Source: Escherichia coli
GTDB lineage: Bacteria; Pseudomonadota; Gammaproteobacteria; Enterobacterales; Enterobacteriaceae
DNA: 64,000 nucleotides
Reading direction: 5' to 3' (one strand)
NCBI RefSeq assembly: GCF_003334785.1
Contig: NZ_QOWV01000002.1
Positions 32,788-42,137 of this stretch are shown here, one piece after another. Positions within the stretch are counted from its first letter, which is position 1; every line of letters starts with the position of its first letter. Under the pieces are notes generated by a model that saw only the letters and a list, made by a program, of their open reading frames with translations, was not told where the DNA came from and ran no database searches. The position numbers were made by a program, and so were the translations under genes.

Positions 32788-33918
32788 ATGTTCCAGTTAT
32801 CCGTACAGGACATCCATCCGGGCGAAAAGGCCGGAGACAAAGAAGAGGCGATTCGCCAGGTCGCTGCGGCGCTGGTGCAGGCCGGTAATGTAGCAGAAGG
32901 CTACGTCAATGGCATGCTGGCGCGCGAACAGCAAACCTCAACGTTCCTCGGCAATGGTATTGCTATTCCACACGGCACTACCGACACCCGCGATCAGGTG
33001 CTGAAAACCGGCGTTCAGGTATTTCAGTTCCCGGAAGGCGTCACCTGGGGTGACGGTCAGGTAGCGTACGTGGCAATCGGTATTGCTGCCAGCTCGGATG
33101 AACATCTGGGCCTGCTACGCCAGCTGACCCACGTACTGAGCGATGATTCCGTTGCTGAACAACTGAAGTCAGCAACAACAGCAGAAGAACTTCGCGCATT
33201 ACTGATGGGCGAAAAGCAGAGTGAGCAGCTGAAGCTCGACAACGAAATGCTGACACTGGATATCGTCGCCAGCGATCTGCTGACTCTTCAGGCGCTGAAC
33301 GCTGCGCGTCTGAAAGAGGCGGGGGCAGTTGACGCCACTTTCGTCACCAAAGCCATCAATGAACAACCGCTGAATCTCGGACAGGGTATCTGGCTGAGCG
33401 ATAGCGCCGAAGGCAATCTGCGTAGCGCGATTGCGGTAAGCCGTGCGGCAAATGCTTTTGATGTGGACGGCGAAACGGCAGCCATGCTGGTGAGTGTGGC
33501 GATGAATGACGATCAGCCCATCGCGGTTCTTAAGCGTCTCGCTGATTTATTGCTCGACAATAAAGCTGACCGCTTGCTGAAAGCGGATGCGGCAACGTTG
33601 CTGGCGCTGCTGACCAGCGATGATGCGCCGACCGACGACGTGTTAAGCGCGGAGTTTGTGGTGCGCAATGAACACGGCCTGCATGCTCGTCCAGGTACCA
33701 TGCTGGTCAATACCATTAAACAATTTAACAGTGATATTACCGTGACAAACCTTGATGGTACCGGCAAACCGGCAAACGGACGTAGTCTGATGAAAGTTGT
33801 GGCACTTGGCGTTAAGAAAGGTCATCGCCTACGCTTTACCGCCCAGGGTGCAGATGCTGAACAGGCGCTGAAAGCAATCGGCGACGCTATCGCTGCTGGT
33901 CTTGGGGAGGGCGCATAA
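32788..33918 (+). CDS. fruB: Fructose PTS diphosphoryl transfer protein FruB (IIA-M-FPr)
   Basis: 376 aa with an IIA(Fru) N-terminal domain and a C-terminal HPr-like domain ([10 protein letters not shown]). Confidence 0.96.
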
Positions 33919-34856
33919 TGAGCAGACGTGTTGCTACTATCACCCTTAATCCGGCTTATGACCTTGTTGGTTTCTGCCCGGAAATTGAACGCGGCGAAGT
34001 GAACCTGGTGAAAACCACCGGTCTGCATGCGGCGGGTAAAGGCATCAACGTGGCCAAAGTATTAAAAGACCTGGGAATTGATGTCACCGTTGGCGGCTTC
34101 CTGGGTAAAGACAATCAGGATGGTTTTCAGCAACTGTTCAGCGAGCTGGGCATTGCCAACCGTTTCCAGGTTGTACAGGGGCGCACCCGAATTAACGTTA
34201 AGCTGACGGAAAAAGACGGCGAAGTGACCGACTTCAACTTCTCGGGTTTTGAAGTCACCCCCGCCGACTGGGAACGCTTTGTGACTGATTCTCTGAGCTG
34301 GCTCGGTCAGTTCGATATGGTCTGTGTCAGCGGAAGCTTACCGTCAGGCGTCAGCCCGGAAGCGTTCACCGACTGGATGACTCGCCTGCGTAGTCAGTGT
34401 CCTTGCATTATCTTTGATAGTAGCCGTGAAGCGTTAGTAGCAGGTTTGAAAGCGGCACCGTGGCTGGTGAAACCTAACCGCCGCGAGCTGGAAATCTGGG
34501 CAGGCCGTAAACTGCCTGAAATGAAAGATGTGATTGAAGCTGCACATGCGCTACGTGAACAAGGCATCGCGCATGTTGTTATTTCACTGGGTGCCGAAGG
34601 CGCGCTTTGGGTTAATGCCTCCGGCGAATGGATCGCCAAACCACCGTCAGTCGATGTCGTAAGCACCGTTGGCGCAGGGGATTCTATGGTTGGTGGCCTG
34701 ATTTATGGCTTGCTGATGCGTGAATCCAGTGAACACACACTGCGTCTGGCGACAGCTGTTGCAGCCCTGGCGGTAAGTCAAAGCAATGTGGGTATTACCG
34801 ATCGTCCGCAGTTGGCCGCAATGATGGCGCGCGTCGACTTACAACCTTTTAACTGA
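33918..34856 (+). CDS. fruK: 1-phosphofructokinase FruK (PfkB family)
   Basis: 312 aa with the PfkB motifs GKGINVA and VSTVGAGDSMVGG. It overlaps fruB by 1 nt. Confidence 0.96.
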   Translation: MSRRVATITLNPAYDLVGFCPEIERGEVNLVKTTGLHAAGKGINVAKVLKDLGIDVTVGGFLGKDNQDGFQQLFSELGIANRFQVVQGRTRINVKLTEKDGEVTDFNFSGFEVTPADWERFVTDSLSWLGQFDMVCVSGSLPSGVSPEAFTDWMTRLRSQCPCIIFDSSREALVAGLKAAPWLVKPNRRELEIWAGRKLPEMKDVIEAAHALREQGIAHVVISLGAEGALWVNASGEWIAKPPSVDVVSTVGAGDSMVGGLIYGLLMRESSEHTLRLATAVAALAVSQSNVGITDRPQLAAMMARVDLQPFN

Positions 34857-34872
34857 CAGCAGGAGAGGCATA

Positions 34873-36564
34873 ATGAAAACGCTGCTGATTATTGACGCTA
34901 ATCTCGGTCAGGCACGCGCCTATATGGCGAAGACCCTGCTGGGCGCGGCGGCGCGAAAAGCAAAACTGGAAATCATCGACAATCCGAACGACGCTGAAAT
35001 GGCGATTGTTCTCGGTGATTCCATCCCGAACGACAGCGCGCTGAACGGTAAAAATGTCTGGCTGGGCGATATTTCCCGGGCAGTTGCGCACCCTGAGCTG
35101 TTCCTGAGTGAAGCCAAAGGCCATGCGAAACCTTACACTGCGCCGGTCGCTGCGACAGCACCAGTTGCCGCCAGCGGTCCGAAACGCGTAGTTGCGGTGA
35201 CTGCTTGCCCGACTGGCGTAGCACACACCTTTATGGCGGCTGAAGCCATTGAAACCGAAGCGAAAAAACGTGGCTGGTGGGTGAAAGTTGAAACCCGTGG
35301 TTCTGTTGGCGCGGGTAATGCAATCACTCCCGAAGAAGTCGCAGCAGCGGATCTGGTGATTGTGGCGGCAGATATCGAAGTGGATCTGGCGAAATTTGCT
35401 GGTAAACCGATGTATCGTACCTCTACCGGTCTGGCGCTGAAGAAAACCGCGCAGGAACTGGATAAAGCGGTTGCTGAAGCAACGCCGTATGAACCGGCGG
35501 GCAAAGCTCAAACGGCGACCACTGAAAGTAAGAAAGAGAGTGCAGGCGCATACCGTCACTTGCTGACGGGCGTTTCTTACATGCTGCCGATGGTCGTTGC
35601 AGGTGGTCTGTGTATCGCGCTTTCTTTTGCTTTTGGTATCGAAGCGTTTAAAGAGCCGGGTACGTTGGCTGCGGCGCTGATGCAGATTGGTGGTGGTTCA
35701 GCCTTTGCGCTGATGGTGCCGGTACTGGCAGGTTATATTGCCTTTTCCATTGCCGATCGTCCGGGCCTCACTCCGGGTCTGATTGGCGGTATGCTGGCGG
35801 TCAGCACCGGTTCTGGCTTCATTGGTGGTATTATTGCGGGCTTCCTGGCTGGTTACATTGCGAAGTTAATCAGTACGCAATTGAAACTGCCACAGAGTAT
35901 GGAGGCGCTGAAACCGATCCTGATCATTCCGCTAATTTCCAGTCTGGTGGTCGGTCTGGCGATGATCTACCTGATCGGTAAACCAGTTGCTGGCATTCTC
36001 GAAGGGCTGACTCACTGGCTGCAGACCATGGGGACTGCGAATGCGGTTCTGCTGGGGGCGATCCTCGGTGGCATGATGTGTACTGACATGGGCGGTCCGG
36101 TAAACAAAGCAGCGTACGCATTCGGTGTGGGTCTGCTGAGTACTCAAACCTATGGCCCGATGGCGGCGATTATGGCGGCAGGTATGGTGCCACCGCTGGC
36201 AATGGGTCTGGCAACAATGGTGGCGCGTCGCAAATTCGACAAAGCGCAGCAGGAAGGTGGCAAAGCCGCTCTGGTATTGGGACTGTGCTTCATTTCGGAA
36301 GGTGCAATTCCGTTTGCTGCTCGTGATCCGATGCGTGTGCTGCCGTGCTGTATCGTGGGTGGGGCGCTGACTGGCGCAATCTCAATGGCGATTGGTGCGA
36401 AACTGATGGCACCGCACGGTGGTCTGTTTGTTCTGCTGATCCCTGGCGCTATTACGCCGGTATTGGGTTACCTGGTAGCAATTATTGCCGGTACGCTGGT
36501 GGCGGGTTTGGCCTATGCCTTCCTGAAACGTCCGGAAGTGGACGCAGTAGCGAAAGCAGCGTAA
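34873..36564 (+). CDS. fruA: Fructose PTS enzyme IIB'BC FruA
   Basis: 563 aa with duplicated IIB domains (TACPTGVAHTFMAAE) and a IIC membrane domain. Confidence 0.96.
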   Translation: MKTLLIIDANLGQARAYMAKTLLGAAARKAKLEIIDNPNDAEMAIVLGDSIPNDSALNGKNVWLGDISRAVAHPELFLSEAKGHAKPYTAPVAATAPVAASGPKRVVAVTACPTGVAHTFMAAEAIETEAKKRGWWVKVETRGSVGAGNAITPEEVAAADLVIVAADIEVDLAKFAGKPMYRTSTGLALKKTAQELDKAVAEATPYEPAGKAQTATTESKKESAGAYRHLLTGVSYMLPMVVAGGLCIALSFAFGIEAFKEPGTLAAALMQIGGGSAFALMVPVLAGYIAFSIADRPGLTPGLIGGMLAVSTGSGFIGGIIAGFLAGYIAKLISTQLKLPQSMEALKPILIIPLISSLVVGLAMIYLIGKPVAGILEGLTHWLQTMGTANAVLLGAILGGMMCTDMGGPVNKAAYAFGVGLLSTQTYGPMAAIMAAGMVPPLAMGLATMVARRKFDKAQQEGGKAALVLGLCFISEGAIPFAARDPMRVLPCCIVGGALTGAISMAIGAKLMAPHGGLFVLLIPGAITPVLGYLVAIIAGTLVAGLAYAFLKRPEVDAVAKAA

Positions 36565-36573
36565 TAAAAGGTG

Positions 36574-36606
36574 TGTTACAGGGCAGAAATTTCCTGTCCT
36601 GTAACA
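36574..36606 (+). terminator. Hairpin directly after fruA
   Basis: TGTTACAGG...CCTGTAACA forms a 9-bp outer stem followed by TTTG, 10 nt after the stop. Confidence 0.6.
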
Positions 36607-36720
36607 TTTGATGAGCGCAAAGAGAATGACCGGTTTGTGAATGTAATTTTATGAATTTAAATGGTTTTATCTTTCAGTAGAAACTTCAAACGTTCATCAA
36701 ACACTCAGGTTATTTCCTCA

Positions 36721-36748
36721 AGGGCAGATTATTTTCTGCCCTTTTTTA
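36721..36748 (+). terminator. Second, canonical intrinsic terminator 155 nt after fruA
   Basis: AGGGCAG-attatttt-CTGCCCT followed by TTTTTTATT. Confidence 0.75.
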
Positions 36749-36986
36749 TTGTTCTGTTCTGTGCATCCCGTCACAAATTCCTCGCTTTTGTAATTCAGGC
36801 ATTTAATCGCATTTTGTGAGCCTGCTCAAATCTGCCCATTTTGCCTCTCTGGCGGTAATTTACTTTACGTAAAACATGCATACTATGAGCACATGTTTAA
36901 ATATGAACACATGTTTAAACCGTCTTTGCAGTATCTATATTCTTGTGGATTGACAGGGTTGGTAATTTTTTACCAGAGGACGTGCT

Positions 36987-37928
36987 ATGCGCGAAAAGGA
37001 TTATGTCGTAATTATAGGTTCGGCGAATATTGATGTCGCCGGATATTCACATGAATCATTAAATTATGCGGATTCAAATCCAGGTAAAATAAAATTTACG
37101 CCTGGTGGAGTAGGGCGCAATATTGCACAAAACCTGGCGTTGCTGGGTAACAAAGCCTGGCTACTGAGCGCCGTAGGCAGTGATTTTTATGGTCAATCGC
37201 TGCTAACGCAAACCAATCAATCTGGCGTTTATGTCGATAAATGCCTGATTGTGCCGGGAGAAAATACGTCGAGTTATTTATCATTACTCGATAATACCGG
37301 TGAAATGCTGGTTGCTATAAATGACATGAATATTAGCAACGCTATTACAGCTGAATATCTCGCACAGCACGGTGAATTTATTCAGAGGGCAAAGGTCATT
37401 GTCGCGGACTGTAATATCAGTGAAGAGGCACTGGCATGGATTCTGGATAATGCCGCCAACGTACCCGTATTTGTCGATCCGGTTTCGGCATGGAAATGTG
37501 TCAAAGTGCGCGACCGTCTAAATCAGATCCACACTCTCAAGCCAAACCGCCTTGAAGCGGAAACCCTGAGTGGGATTGCGCTGTCAGGGCGTGAAGATGT
37601 GGCAAAAGTTGCTGCCTGGTTCCATCAACATGGCCTGAACCGACTGGTATTGAGCATGGGCGGCGACGGCGTTTATTACAGCGATATCAGCGGTGAAAGT
37701 GGCTGGTCTGCGCCGATCAAAACCAATGTTATTAATGTTACCGGAGCGGGCGATGCCATGATGGCGGGACTTGCTTCGTGTTGGGTAGACGGAATGCCGT
37801 TTGCCGAATCTGTTCGTTTCGCACAGGGATGTTCGTCAATGGCGCTCTCCTGTGAATACACCAATAACCCCGATTTATCGATTGCCAACGTTATATCGTT
37901 AGTGGAGAACGCAGAATGTCTGAATTAA
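36987..37928 (+). CDS. psuK: Pseudouridine kinase PsuK (YeiC), PfkB family
   Basis: 313 aa with a GAGGA RBS and the motifs GGVGRNIA and VTGAGDAMMAGL. Confidence 0.93.
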   Translation: MREKDYVVIIGSANIDVAGYSHESLNYADSNPGKIKFTPGGVGRNIAQNLALLGNKAWLLSAVGSDFYGQSLLTQTNQSGVYVDKCLIVPGENTSSYLSLLDNTGEMLVAINDMNISNAITAEYLAQHGEFIQRAKVIVADCNISEEALAWILDNAANVPVFVDPVSAWKCVKVRDRLNQIHTLKPNRLEAETLSGIALSGREDVAKVAAWFHQHGLNRLVLSMGGDGVYYSDISGESGWSAPIKTNVINVTGAGDAMMAGLASCWVDGMPFAESVRFAQGCSSMALSCEYTNNPDLSIANVISLVENAECLN

Positions 37929-38854
37929 AAATTTCCCCTGAATTATTACAAATTTCCCCGGAAGTGCAGGACGCTTTAAAAAACAAAAAACCGGTTGTGG
38001 CGCTGGAATCGACCATTATTTCTCACGGGATGCCGTTCCCACAAAATGCCCAGACCGCAATTGAAGTTGAAGAAACTATTCGTAAACAGGGCGCTGTACC
38101 TGCCACGATCGCCATTATTGGCGGCGTGATGAAAGTGGGGTTAAGCAAAGAAGAAATTGAATTACTGGGTCGTGAAGGGCATAACGTGACCAAAGTTAGT
38201 CGTCGCGATTTACCTTTTGTTGTTGCCGCCGGAAAAAATGGCGCAACCACTGTGGCTTCAACGATGATTATTGCGGCGCTTGCCGGAATTAAAGTATTTG
38301 CCACCGGGGGAATTGGTGGTGTGCATCGCGGGGCGGAACATACCTTCGATATTTCTGCCGATTTGCAAGAACTGGCAAATACTAATGTCACCGTTGTTTG
38401 TGCCGGGGCGAAATCTATTCTCGATTTAGGATTAACCACTGAGTATTTAGAAACCTTCGGTGTGCCGTTAATTGGCTATCAGACTAAAGCGCTGCCTGCG
38501 TTTTTCTGCCGCACCAGCCCGTTTGACGTCAGCATTCGTCTCGACAGCGCCAGCGAAATTGCCCGTGCAATGGCGGTGAAATGGCAAAGCGGTCTGAACG
38601 GTGGCCTCGTGGTAGCGAACCCGATCCCGGAACAGTTTGCTATGCCGGAACACACTATCAATGCGGCGATCGATCAGGCGGTAGCTGAAGCTGAAGCTCA
38701 GGGAGTCATTGGTAAAGAAAGTACGCCATTCCTGCTGGCGCGCGTTGCTGAACTGACCGGCGGTGACAGCCTGAAATCCAACATCCAGCTGGTGTTCAAC
38801 AACGCCATTCTGGCGAGCGAAATTGCCAAAGAATATCAGCGTCTCGCGGGTTAA
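37916..38854 (+). CDS. psuG: Pseudouridine-5'-phosphate glycosidase PsuG (YeiN)
   Basis: 312 aa, overlapping psuK by 13 nt. Recognised IndA/YeiN family sequence. Confidence 0.93.
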   Translation: MSELKISPELLQISPEVQDALKNKKPVVALESTIISHGMPFPQNAQTAIEVEETIRKQGAVPATIAIIGGVMKVGLSKEEIELLGREGHNVTKVSRRDLPFVVAAGKNGATTVASTMIIAALAGIKVFATGGIGGVHRGAEHTFDISADLQELANTNVTVVCAGAKSILDLGLTTEYLETFGVPLIGYQTKALPAFFCRTSPFDVSIRLDSASEIARAMAVKWQSGLNGGLVVANPIPEQFAMPEHTINAAIDQAVAEAEAQGVIGKESTPFLLARVAELTGGDSLKSNIQLVFNNAILASEIAKEYQRLAG

Positions 38855-38947
38855 TTTCTGACGGGCAGAAAGCCGTCGCCCGTACTCATCAAGCATACCA
38901 AAACCTGGCGCTGACGCCGGGTTTACCGGCATGAAGGGAAAATCATT

Positions 38948-40198
38948 ATGGATATAATGAGAAGTGTTGTGGGGATGGTGGTGTTACTGGCAATAGCATT
39001 TCTGTTGTCAGTGAATAAAAAGAGCATCAGTTTGCGCACGGTTGGAGCCGCACTGCTGCTGCAAATCGCTATTGGTGGCATCATGCTCTACTTCCCACCG
39101 GGAAAATGGGCAGTAGAACAGGCGGCATTAGGCGTTCATAAAGTGATGTCTTACAGTGATGCCGGTAGCGCCTTCATTTTTGGTTCGCTGGTTGGGCCGA
39201 AAATGGATGTCCTGTTTGACGGTGCGGGTTTTATCTTCGCCTTTCGCGTACTTCCGGCGATTATTTTCGTTACTGCGCTCATCAGTCTGCTGTACTACAT
39301 TGGCGTGATGGGGCTGCTGATTCGCATCCTTGGCAGCATTTTCCAGAAAGCCCTCAACATCAGCAAAATCGAATCTTTTGTTGCGGTTACTACTATTTTC
39401 CTCGGGCAAAATGAGATCCCGGCGATCGTTAAACCGTTTATCGATCGCATGAATCGCAACGAGTTGTTTACCGCAATTTGTAGCGGGATGGCGTCCATTG
39501 CTGGTTCGATGATGATTGGTTATGCCGGAATGGGCGTACCAATTGACTACCTGTTAGCGGCATCGCTGATGGCGATCCCTGGCGGGATTTTGTTTGCACG
39601 TATTCTTAGCCCGGCAACCGAGCCTTCGCAGGTCACATTTGAAAATCTGTCGTTCAGCGAAACGCCGCCAAAAAGCTTTATCGAAGCGGCGGCGAGCGGT
39701 GCGATGACCGGGCTAAAAATCGCCGCTGGTGTGGCGACGGTGGTAATGGCGTTTGTCGCAATTATTGCGCTGATCAACGGCATTATCGGCGGAATTGGCG
39801 GCTGGTTTGGTTTCGCCAATGCCTCTCTGGAAAGTATTTTTGGCTATGTGCTGGCACCGCTGGCGTGGATCATGGGTGTGGACTGGAGTGATGCCAATCT
39901 TGCGGGTAGCCTGATTGGGCAGAAACTGGCGATTAACGAATTCGTCGCTTACCTGAGTTTCTCCCCATACCTGCAAACGGGCGGCACGCTGGAAGTGAAA
40001 ACCATTGCGATTATCTCCTTTGCGCTTTGTGGTTTTGCTAACTTTGGTTCTATCGGTGTTGTCGTTGGCGCATTTTCGGCTATTTCGCCAAAACGCGCGC
40101 CGGAAATCGCCCAGCTTGGTTTACGGGCGCTGGCAGCAGCAACGCTTTCCAACCTGATGAGTGCGACTATTGCCGGGTTCTTTATTGGTCTGGCGTAA
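38948..40198 (+). CDS. psuT: NupC-family nucleoside (putative pseudouridine) transporter PsuT (YeiM)
   Basis: 416-aa CNT/NupC-family membrane protein, 88.5 % identical to the ORF at 42138-43388. Confidence 0.92.
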   Translation: MDIMRSVVGMVVLLAIAFLLSVNKKSISLRTVGAALLLQIAIGGIMLYFPPGKWAVEQAALGVHKVMSYSDAGSAFIFGSLVGPKMDVLFDGAGFIFAFRVLPAIIFVTALISLLYYIGVMGLLIRILGSIFQKALNISKIESFVAVTTIFLGQNEIPAIVKPFIDRMNRNELFTAICSGMASIAGSMMIGYAGMGVPIDYLLAASLMAIPGGILFARILSPATEPSQVTFENLSFSETPPKSFIEAAASGAMTGLKIAAGVATVVMAFVAIIALINGIIGGIGGWFGFANASLESIFGYVLAPLAWIMGVDWSDANLAGSLIGQKLAINEFVAYLSFSPYLQTGGTLEVKTIAIISFALCGFANFGSIGVVVGAFSAISPKRAPEIAQLGLRALAAATLSNLMSATIAGFFIGLA

Positions 40199-40207
40199 TG
40201 CTCGATT

Positions 40208-40247
40208 TGTAGACCGGATAAAACGTATTAAGCGTTGCATCCGGCAA
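40208..40247. repeat. REP unit after psuT
   Basis: TGTAGACCGGATAAAACGTATTAAGCGTTGCATCCGGCAA. Confidence 0.85.
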
Positions 40248-40268
40248 TCGCGCTATTGAAAATAATTT

Positions 40269-40928
40269 TTACTGCATCATCCCGGAGAATTTATTCTCCG
40301 GGTCCATCTCCAGCGCCAGTCCTGACAACTGCTTTCTGTTTTTAATGAGATATCCTTTCTTGCTTTTAATTAATAAACCGTCGTGAATGAACTGCGCGAG
40401 AACATATAAAAGATGTCGATAAGAAACGCCTAAATACTCTGCCGCTTGCGTATGCTTTTCGTGATAAAGATCACCTTCCTGCGAGAGTAATATAAATGCT
40501 GCCAGGCGATTCACTAACGGAAATGATTGATTCTGAGTTAAAGAAACAATATTACGATAATTTTTATGACTTAAGGTGACGCAGAGTTTTCGTAAAAATA
40601 GCGTGTCGTTTAATAACAGCGGACGGTAATGTTTCATAGGGAGCGCAAGGCACCAACACTCTTCAATAGCCTGCACCGCACGCGGTTCATGGTCTTTATC
40701 GATTAACTCAATCTCGCCAATAAAACAGGGGGCGGCAAAGAAATCGATCAGCGACACGCGACCATTAGCTAGCGTGGCGTAAAGCCTGGCGCGGCCTCGC
40801 GTCAGGTAAAACAGCCAGGACGGCTGTTGCCCTTCCTGCACAATGTAGTCACGCGCTAAAAAATGAAACAGCCGCGTATCGGCTGAAACATCCGTTAAAA
40901 AGCAATCCTTAAACGCGGATTCACTCAT
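40269..40928 (-). CDS. yeiL: CRP/FNR-family transcription regulator YeiL
   Basis: The ATG at 40928 gives the 219-aa [10 protein letters not shown]... form; a GTG at 40967 would add 13 aa. cNMP-binding-like barrel plus a C-terminal HTH ([18 protein letters not shown]). Confidence 0.88.
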
Positions 40929-41096
40929 CAATTGCTGCTTAAGATCATTATTGTGGATTTCTTTCACGATGTTTATCCGCTATGAGATTTCTCATATTTA
41001 GCATACGTACGCTGTTGTTAAGATTCAATCATCGGCCCGGTCGAATTTTCTTTGCTGTAGAAAAAATAACGCAACTGGAAACAGAGGAAATAAACA

Positions 41097-42038
41097 ATGG
41101 AAAAGAGAAAAATTATTCTGGATTGTGATCCGGGTCATGATGATGCTATTGCTATAATGATGGCGGCGAAACATCCGGCAATAGATTTATTAGGCATCAC
41201 TATTGTAGCGGGTAATCAGACGCTTGATAAAACATTAATTAATGGCCTGAATGTTTGCCAGAAACTGGAGATTAATGTTCCGGTTTATGCGGGGATGCCG
41301 CAGCCCATTATGCGTCAACAAATCGTTGCCGATAATATTCACGGTGAAACCGGACTGGATGGCCCGGTATTCGAGCCGCTGACCCGCCAGGCAGAAAGCA
41401 CTCATGCGGTGAAATATATCATTGATACCCTGATGGCAAGCGATGGCGATATCACTCTGGTGCCGGTTGGTCCGCTTTCAAATATCGCGGTGGCAATGCG
41501 TATGCAACCCGCGATCCTGCCCAAAATCCGTGAAATTGTGCTAATGGGCGGCGCTTACGGTACAGGCAACTTCACGCCATCTGCCGAGTTCAACATCTTT
41601 GCCGACCCGGAAGCCGCACGCGTAGTGTTCACCTCCGGCGTTCCATTAGTGATGATGGGCCTCGATCTCACCAACCAGACCGTTTGCACCCCGGACGTGA
41701 TTGCTCGGATGGAAAGGGCAGGCGGCCCCGCCGGAGAGCTGTTCAGCGACATCATGAACTTCACTCTCAAAACGCAGTTCGAAAACTACGGCCTTGCTGG
41801 CGGCCCGGTGCACGACGCCACCTGCATCGGTTATCTGATTAACCCTGATGGCATTAAAACCCAGGAGATGTACGTCGAAGTGGACGTCAACAGTGGCCCT
41901 TGCTATGGGCGTACCGTCTGCGACGAGCTGGGCGTTCTTGGCAAGCCCGCCAATACCAAAGTCGGCATCACTATTGATACAGACTGGTTCTGGGGATTAG
42001 TCGAAGAGTGCGTGCGCGGCTACATCAAAACCCATTAA
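41097..42038 (+). CDS. rihB: Pyrimidine-specific ribonucleoside hydrolase RihB (YeiK)
   Basis: 313 aa with the N-terminal nucleoside-hydrolase fingerprint DCDPGHDDA. Confidence 0.95.
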   Translation: MEKRKIILDCDPGHDDAIAIMMAAKHPAIDLLGITIVAGNQTLDKTLINGLNVCQKLEINVPVYAGMPQPIMRQQIVADNIHGETGLDGPVFEPLTRQAESTHAVKYIIDTLMASDGDITLVPVGPLSNIAVAMRMQPAILPKIREIVLMGGAYGTGNFTPSAEFNIFADPEAARVVFTSGVPLVMMGLDLTNQTVCTPDVIARMERAGGPAGELFSDIMNFTLKTQFENYGLAGGPVHDATCIGYLINPDGIKTQEMYVEVDVNSGPCYGRTVCDELGVLGKPANTKVGITIDTDWFWGLVEECVRGYIKTH

Positions 42039-42137
42039 GTGTTGATAACAAGCCGGGCCGGTATCGCAAGATGCAGGCCTGGCTATTTCTGATGGGCAGA
42101 AAGCCGTCGCCCAATATGACATGAAGAGATAATCACT

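Noticed and set aside
34849-35559. 236-aa minus-strand ORF
   Set aside because: It is antisense to fruA, Arg/Cys/Phe-rich, and has no homology that I recognise.
36876-36953. 25-codon ORF over the psuK upstream repeats, considered as a leader peptide
   Set aside because: There is no Shine-Dalgarno in front of the ATG and no downstream attenuator-like terminator. I kept it only as a side note in the repeat finding.
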